From: Octopus vulgaris
Taxonomy: Eukaryota
Length of the DNA stretch: 64,000 bases
Direction: 5' to 3'
Assembly (NCBI GenBank): GCA_951406725.2
Contig: OX597830.1
Location: forward strand, 75,826,001 to 75,890,000
In this document: one piece after another, positions 56,371-64,000 of the stretch
How the letters are laid out: the number at the start of each line of letters is the position of its first letter
Position numbering within the stretch: position 1 is the stretch's first letter
Position numbers and translations under genes: made by a program
Notes under the pieces: generated by a model
What the model saw: only the letters and a program-made list of their open reading frames with translations
Databases searched by the model: none
Told to the model about the DNA's origin: nothing

Positions 56371-56829
56371 CTCTAGATCTACACCACTAATTATCAGAAC
56401 TCAGTGCAGAAAGTGACCAACGAACAAGTAACTCTGGGGTGGCCTTTCCCTGTTGACTAATAAGATAGCTGACGGAAAAGAAGTCCACAGCACACTGAAT
56501 CCTGCCTTTAGACACCCAGAATTTCCTGCCTTCTAATTTTACCTTCGGCAACCGACCCATGAGAGGAGGAATTGAGAGTATCGTTCCAGAACTCTAGGGA
56601 CCTGTCCTCTCAGTTTATGATATTTAGACGTCGGTTTTGTTGTGAGATTCGTTTTCGTTCTTCGCCATGTTATATTCGAAATCCTACTGCTTGCCTACTC
56701 ACTTTCCTCCCTCTTCATCGAGAGTATTTGGTCACTGTCCATCCGAGCATAGGATACATTGCTGTGTGTTAAATATTTGTTGTACATCAACCTTGTTCTA
56801 TCGAACAAACCTATCACTGACGTAAATCC

Positions 56830-57553
56830 AGCTATGGTTATCTCCTCGAATTTTAGTTGAATGTTAGGTAGTGACCGAAAGAATACGATCGTATGTACAA
56901 GAGGCTGAAATGAGATTCCTCTGAGTGGTATCTGGAATAACATTCTTGGACAGGAGACGTAGCTCGGAAATCAAGGAGTCCTTTCAGGTGGAGCCGCTAT
57001 TTCTCCGCATTGAGAGGTCACTGCTCTGGTATTAGGAACATGTGATTAAAATGGCGCAGGAAAGAATCGCCAGATAGATTCTTGAAACCAAACCAACCGG
57101 TAGGAGACCTAGGTAAAATGTAACTTCTCGAATCATGCTGACTCATAAGGGCCGTTTTCCAGTTTCCATAGTGTATAAATTCCTCACCTGGACGGGATGC
57201 CGGTCCATCGCAGGATTACTCAGTTTTGCTAGCTGAGTGGATTTGAGCAACGTGAAAAGGAATTTTTTTTGCGCAAGAACACCAACGCGTCGTCCAATCC
57301 AAGAATCGAAACCACAATCTTACGATCACGTGTCTAACGCCCTAACCACTAAGCCACGTGCCTCCACAGGAACCTAGGAGTAGACCAAGAACGACATGGT
57401 TGGATAATATCTATGGTCTTAATTGGTCGCATTTCAGAATCCAGCCGGAAAGTGTGATGAAGATTGCTTCTGATAGATTCAAGAATCTATGGAGGAGGTG
57501 CTTGAGGACTTTACTCCCAAAAATAGTGGGCGGAGAAAGGGATGGATGGATGG
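56830..57553 (+). pseudogene. RTE-clade (Expander/Rex3-like) LINE 3' end with (GATG)n tail, split by a SINE
   Basis: VTERIRSYVQEAEMRFL..RSSEIKE..VEPLFLRIERS..KPTGRRPR | SRPRTTWLDNI..W..LLP. Confidence 0.8.
57114..57367 (-). mobile_element. SINE with C-type head and V-domain-like body, inserted in the RTE
   Basis: Minus TGGCTTAGTGG A-box and CCTGCGATGGACCGGCATCCCGTCCAGG; TSD AGGA(G)ACCTAGG. Confidence 0.75.
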
Positions 57554-57599
57554 GAAATGAAGGAAGCACAACTGCTCCTAGAATACCCAAGCTAATTTT

Positions 57600-58090
57600 G
57601 CGCTGACTGCTTCGACAGGAGATAGACTAATCGATCTGTGGAAGTCACCGTCTGAAATTCTTCAAGAAAAAATTGCTGGAATACTTTTTCAGGTTAGGAG
57701 GGTGTTTATTGGACACCCTGCGGGATGAAAAACAAAACCCTGTCAAAGGGCGGAAGAACTCTTGAGAGTCAACGGCCATCCAATAAATGTTTTAAGGGTG
57801 TATCATGCGCGGAGACATAGAAATAATCGGACTGAATACCCGATCGCGCGGTTAAACCATTGGGAGTGAAGGACTCCTAGCCTTTGTTAGGGCATCCTTC
57901 TAGGAGAAGGTAATCAGGTAACTGGGATAACTCCGACATAAAACCTGCGGCTCGGTGGTTACGGTGATATGGACTTGTTATTCTTTTCGGATTATGGCTG
58001 CTGTTGCTTAGTGAGTGGGATTGACTCAGTGCACAGCCTTTCCTCACTTAAAAAAAAACCTTCTTGCACAGGCATTGCACAATAACAACA
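57600..58090 (+). mobile_element. Probable non-autonomous RTE-derived element
   Basis: GGGCATCCTTCTAGGAGAAGGTAA..TAAAACC resembles RTE 5' UTR motifs; ends in AATAACAACA; no ORF. Left boundary uncertain. Confidence 0.4.
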
Positions 58091-58261
58091 TTGATTTAGC
58101 TTCGTATTTGACTGGTATTCATTTTATCTACCCTAAAGGCTGAAAGGCGAAGTTGTTCTTGGCGGAATACCATATCTACAATAATGAGAGAAGTTACCAG
58201 CAAGTGGTGACAAAAGTCTCAGCCGAACAAACTGAAAAGAATAAAAAATATATTTATATCA

Positions 58262-58441
58262 GCAAGCATGGCTATGCGGTAGACGCTATATGGGGGGAGG
58301 GGTTAACATGTTGACTTCGCATCCATGTGGTTTCGGGTTCAGTCGCGGTGCGTTGGGCGCGAGTCTTCTACTATATCCCTGGGCCGACCATTCTTTTTGA
58401 ATAAATTTGCTAGACGAAAACTGTGGAAACCCGTTGTATAT

Positions 58442-58503
<62 letters not shown>

Positions 58504-58725
58504 GTCTTTGTGTCGATCGTTGTGGGTTTGTCTGCGGTTCCGCTTGATGGCCGGCGTGGGCTTGTCTGCGTCCCCGTAACTTAGCAGCTCTGCAAAAGAG
58601 ACCTTTGGAATAAATAGCAGACTTCGAAAATAAGTACTGGGGGGAAGGGGTCGGTTTGTTTGACTAGACCATTCTAGACGGTGCCCCATCATGGCCACTG
58701 TCCAGGGACTAAAAGCAAGGAAAAA
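58262..58725 (+). mobile_element. Old SINE A
   Basis: Diverged head, (TG)n, tail. Confidence 0.7.
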
Positions 58726-59577
58726 ACAAGAATCTAGATTTTGCCGTTGCAAAAGTCTGAGCAGGACACCCTCTTTGTAGCATTTTAGCTACCAACACCA
58801 CCCCTACTAAACAAAGCAATGTACCGGGGCCCATTAGAAGCCACTGCATACATAAACTGGACCCTCAGGCAATTTTTCCATAGCAACCAGGCATTAAAAC
58901 GGCATTGCCTCTTATACAAGGTACCGTTCAGTACGATTCGATCCTAGAATTACGTTGACACTGATGCGAATTATTGACTAGTCCCACAACAAACATTTCA
59001 CTTATTCGGTTGAGTATTTCGTAGATATGTCACGGCTTCTTCATCCTCCTGCTTGCAACGTAAATGGTGATTTTGCCTTAAAGCAACATATAATAAAATA
59101 CATAAGATATCATAACTGTGTTTACTTGAAAAGAAAATGTTAACGAAACTAAGTCTGTCAGAGTTGCCTCCCATGGATCTGTAACCAAATACTTGTGAAT
59201 TTTTTAAAAGCTATCGAATTTCATTTTGTTATCTTCGTATTGCTTGCATTATATTTTATGATTAATGAATTAGAGTTAATAACGGTATTCAATAAATTCA
59301 TTGAGATAATGGTATCAGTGAAATATTGATATATAAATATATTTTATTTTCCACAAGTAAATAATAAATGGGAGATTTTTCTCAACGGAATTTGAACACA
59401 GGACGTGACGTTTATGAGTAATGATGAAATTTGGAGATGAAGTATGATGCTAATTTTGTACAGGTGTCTAATAATGAGTAGGGCACAACGCAATATATAA
59501 CTGGTATTAAAGTTTATGAGAAATAGAGTCAATCCTGGTGGAATTTGAACCTAGAACGAATTTGAAGGCTAGTATTA

Positions 59578-60350
59578 TTCTTTTCTACTCTAAGCACAAG
59601 GCCCGAAATTTTGGGTGAGGGGACCAGTCGATTATATCGACACCAGTACGCAACTGGTACTTAATTTATCCATCCCAAAAGGATGAGAAGCAAAGTCGAC
59701 CTCGGCGGAATTTGAACTCAGAACGTAACGGCATACGAAATACCTATTTCTATTTCTTTACGACCCACAAGGGGCTATACTCAGAGGGGACAAACAAGGA
59801 CAGACAAACGGATTAAGTCGATTATATCGATTCCAGTACGTAAATGGTACTTATTTAATCGATCCCGAAAGGATGAAAGGCAAAGTCGACCTCGGCGGAG
59901 TTTGAACTCACAACGTAGCGGCAGACGAAATACCTATTTCTTTACTACTCACAAGGGGCTAAACACAGAGAGGACAAACAAGGACAGAGAAACGGATTAA
60001 GTCGATTACATCGACTCCAGTGCGTAACTGGTACTTATTTAATCGACCCTGAAAGGATGAAAGGCAAAGTCGACCTCGGCGGAATTTGAACTCAGAACGT
60101 AGTGGCAGACGGAATACCTATTTCTTTATTACCCACAAGGGGCTAAACATAGAGGAGACAAACAAGGACAGACATAGGTATTAAGTCGATTATATCGACC
60201 CCAGTGCTTAACTGGTACTTAATTTATCGACCCCGAAAGGATGAAAGGCAAAGTCGACCTCGGCGGAATTTGAACTCAGAACGTAGTGGCAGACGAAATA
60301 CCGCTAAGCATTTCGCCCGGCGTGGTAACGATACTGCCAGCTCGCCACCT
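59578..60350 (-). mobile_element. SINE B with one head and four 184-bp tandem bodies
   Basis: GTCGACCTCGG at 59695, 59885, 60069 and 60253. Confidence 0.9.
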
Positions 60351-60700
60351 TGAATGAAATATTAATAATAATGACTATCGTGTTACGTCGCTTTTCTAGT
60401 TAATTCGCACAACTCGGAACCAATTACCGACGTAAGACATGCTATGCCTGATTATACTTGTTAATGTGTATCAAGATGCATGCCCTTTTTTTTTCTTTTT
60501 CTAAGTTTGGTCAGAAGACGGATTACCATCCATGGCCTTCCAATGGCCTTCCTATACTGATTAGTTTGATGCCATAATTTTTCAACTTAAACTGTTGAAA
60601 GCCGAATGTGCTTAACCTCTTCAGTGACAAATCGAACCCTCAACCCTCACTCTCTGACGTGATTGACATGAATAGTTTCAATTATATTACTGGACTTTAA

Positions 60701-60915
60701 GACGGCAGTGAGCTGGTAGAATCGTTGGCATGCCGGATAAAATGTTTAACGGCAGTTCGTCCGACTTTACATTCCAAATTCAAATTCCGCAGAGGTCGAC
60801 TTTACCTTTCATCGTTTAGGGGTCGATAAAGTAAGTAACAGTTGAGTACTGGGGTGGATGTTATCGACTTAATCCCTCCACCTAAAGTACTGGCCATGTA
60901 ATAAAATTTGAAATC
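60701..60915 (+). mobile_element. Old SINE B monomer
   Basis: GAGCTGGTAGAATCGTT...GAGGTCGACTTTACCTTTCATC. Confidence 0.7.
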
Positions 60916-61844
60916 ATTATGAAGCGGACAGAGAAAAGCTGCCTTCCATTCCCTAGCTATGCGGTGAAAGAAGCTTCATGATGGCTGAGGATTTCTATAA
61001 GTTACCCTGAAGTTCCTAAACCAAAAGTTTTTATGAACAGAACCACGGGGCCGTGATCAACTGTTACTGGGCCATACACAAAAAACATTAATTCTATTTC
61101 TTTTTCATCGACTATTGCGGCCTGCGTAATGTTTTTGCATAGTAGGCTATTGTAGAAGACATTTTCCCAAGGTGTGACGCAGTAGGACTGAACCTGAAAC
61201 CATGTGTTTGGAAAGCAAACTTCTTACCACATTATGAACTTTATTGTGTTTTGATAAGCGCATGAAATTCAGGTCTGAGGAAAATTTGTCTTGCATGAAA
61301 CCGATTCGGGGTGTAAAAAAGTTTGGGAACCGCTGATTACAATACCTGATTACTAGAGAGAGAGCTGTTTGAACTTGATAAATATGTACATACCAATCAC
61401 CCATGCTTACAGGTCGTCAAAGCAACGAAATAAGAGAAAAAATGACTGACGAAAGACGACTACACCTTTTACCATCTAAGAAATTTTGTAGATGTTATAC
61501 CTTCATCGCATATCTACATACAGTATACCTGTCCAACACTCCACAACATTGTCCAACAGTGTGGACTTGCATCCTCAGGTGTAGAACTGCAAACCCTATG
61601 ATTTATCGGGTTAATGTTTACTCCGGCCACCCTCCCGTATTCATTTAGGTCAATGCCCATCACTTTGATATTCATGGTCTTAGACAACATTGCGGAAATG
61701 TGGCCTGTATATGCTGACAGGGCTCTGTTGCCGTGCGCCACCTCGAACAGGTTGCCCCTCGACACCTCCAGAATCTAAAGAACTGGTACGAGAGCTAGCA
61801 CACGCCAAACGAGTGAGAAGGAACATTATTGACAGGCTAAGACA

Positions 61845-61994
61845 GCGGCATGCTGGGGCACAGCCTCGAAGAATCAGTAACAGTACTTTCTTATGTTTTA
61901 AGCCTGGTACATATTCTACCATTGTCTTTTGCCGAAATGGTAAGTTACGGGGACGTAAACACATCAACATGTAAAGCGTGGTGGGAGACAGATA

Positions 61995-62047
<53 letters not shown>

Positions 62048-62185
62048 TTATGTGTGCTCTAACATGGTCACAGCCTTTGGATTGAAATGTATAAAATATG
62101 TACGACGGGCTTCTTTCAGTTTCCGTCAAACAAAGTCACTCATAAGGTTTAGTCGGTCCGAGGCTATAGTAGGAGATATTTGCTG
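61845..62185 (-). mobile_element. Diverged SINE A fragment
   Basis: TTTGCCGAAATGGTAAGTTACGGGGACGTAAACAC, (CA)n, CGACGGGCTTCTTTCAGTTTCCG. Confidence 0.7.
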
Positions 62186-62471
62186 TTTTAAACCGGCTGT
62201 TTTAAGGATAACCAACAAGTAGCAATGGGTGATCCGATCAAAAGCTTCCGACTGATCTGAGTTCACATGAGCATAACCGTAACTAACCTTTTTACCAAAG
62301 ACGGATCAGGACCCATTGAAGCCCTAAGTCCTGAAAAGATTTTGGTGCCCCTATTTATATGTAATGCAAAATATAGATAATAATGAGTCAAAATATAAAT
62401 TTTTAGTTCTCAAAATTAAACAAAGCTAATAGTAAGATGGAAAATAATGTTTATTTTTGTATACTTTTACA

Positions 62472-62795
62472 TGGTTCAGTCGTTAGAGCGTCGAGCTTAC
62501 GATCGTGAGGTTGTGAGCTCGAATCCCAAACCGGGCTGCGTGTTGTGTTCTTGAGCAAGACACTTTATTTCACGTTGCTCCAGTTTACTCAGCTGTAGAA
62601 ATGAGTTGTTGCGACGTCACAGGTGCCAAGCTGTATCAGCCCCTTTGCCTTTCCCTTGGATAACACTGAGAGGGGAGGCCGGTATACATGGGCGACTGCT
62701 GGTCTTCCATAAACAACCTTTCCCGGACTTGTGCCTGGGAGGGTAACTTTTTAGGTGCAATCCTATGGTCTGTGTCGTGACCGAAGGGGGTCTCA
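62472..62795 (+). mobile_element. SINE C
   Basis: Colinear with 23540. Confidence 0.85.
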
Positions 62796-63339
62796 ACAAC
62801 TTTATTTATATATGAAAAGTCCTTGACGAGATCTTCACTCTAGCATCATGAACACTTCGACATTATATTTCCGATCGTATAAACCACTTCGAATATCATT
62901 TTAGCAAGTTTAAAGTGATTTCTTTTTTACCGTCAACCATTTACCATTTCTGTGGTGCCTACCTTTAGTTTGGTACTCTAAGCACGTGCTTATTTTACTT
63001 AATGGTTAGTCTAGCGATGCCTTTTTACGATCTATTGCAATAAAGTGGATATTGTCGTTGATAGACATCTTAAGGATCGCGCAAGTCAGTGCATCACTGA
63101 CCAAACTGCAAAGGACAAGCGCCAACCTATTCGCTAGAACTTTGACCAAAATCTTTCATCCTCGTTCATCAGAATTATGGGCCAGAAATTATCAATAATA
63201 CCCCTTATTCCTCGTTCGCCTCTTTCTTCAGTATCGCAGCCAATATGTAGATCCCTGAAATGAGATTTCTCCCGCCCTCCTGCTAGTTCCAGCACCCATT
63301 TAACAAGACATTGGTGAACAAGTCCGGTATCTTGCTCTT

Positions 63340-63965
63340 TCCTCTTTCAGTCGTTGAACTGCGGTCATGCTGGGGCACCACCTTGAAGCGCTTCGTTTAG
63401 AGGTTCTCAGCCATTTTTGTTTATGGACCCTTTGATTTCTATGTTAACTTTACTGGACCCTATGTTTAAAAAATCTTGTTATATTTGTATAATAAAATAC
63501 TACCAGGAATTGTATAAGAAATTGTTAAAAATATTTAAGTATTGTAGAATTATAATTAATTTATTAGACGTAAACTTTAACACTAAAATCTTCTATGGAC
63601 CCACAAGTGTCATGTGGGCCACCAAAGGTCATGTGAACCACTAGTTTTGTAGAACAAATCGCCCCTTAATCTATCATTTTTTTTTTTTTTGCTGAAATGC
63701 AAAGTTACGGTGACGTAAACAACTCAGCACCCGGTTTTCAAGCGGTGGAAGGAGCACACACACACACACACACACACACACAGGCATATATGTATATATG
63801 TATACGACAAGTTTCCACACAGTTTCCGTCTACAAAATTCACTCACAATGCATTAGTTGGCACGTGATGATAACAGAAGATATTTGCCAAAAATTACCGT
63901 GCAGTGGGATTGAACCCCTGATATAACGTATTTGCAAAGCGAGTTTCTTAACCATTCAGCCATCT
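63340..63965 (-). mobile_element. Old SINE A interrupted by an hAT-like MITE (63399-63643)
   Basis: SINE A tail and head on either side of an insert with ends TAGAGGTTCTCA / TGTGAACCACTA and internal TGGACCC repeats. Confidence 0.6.
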
Positions 63966-64000
63966 CTGCAAAACAGAATGATAGAATAAGTATCTGGCTT

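Noticed and set aside
59578-60350. Regularly spaced palindromic repeats as a CRISPR-like array
   Set aside because: The intervening sequences are also repeated (no unique spacers), the context is eukaryotic SINE, and there are no cas genes.
61514-61974. Overlapping 80-150 aa ORFs in GC-richer sequence
   Set aside because: No recognisable motifs; partly SINE A; probably an old repeat.

Overview
AT-rich, repeat-saturated eukaryotic DNA. The SINE set and the extreme (TA)n/(TATG)n/(TG)n load look like a cephalopod, probably Octopus (inferred from repeat families I recognise). I can identify no intact host gene, and almost all ORFs in the track are microsatellite translations. Supported content: (1) two (TAA)n landing pads (19.4-22.5 kb and 35.7-37.6 kb) with same-strand stacks of 5'-truncated R4/Dong-clade retrotransposons from three distinct subfamilies, plus a shared ~460-560 bp non-coding passenger element; (2) a canonical minimal type I hammerhead ribozyme motif (2031-2073, minus) and several decayed hammerhead-like motifs in Penelope-like remnants; (3) a Tc1 transposase pseudogene, RTE and other LINE fragments, and several MITEs, one carrying octamer+CCAAT terminal repeats and found twice inside the same SINE family; (4) three or four tRNA-derived SINE families, one forming multimers bounded by a single target-site duplication; (5) a few weak candidate micro-exons on the plus strand.
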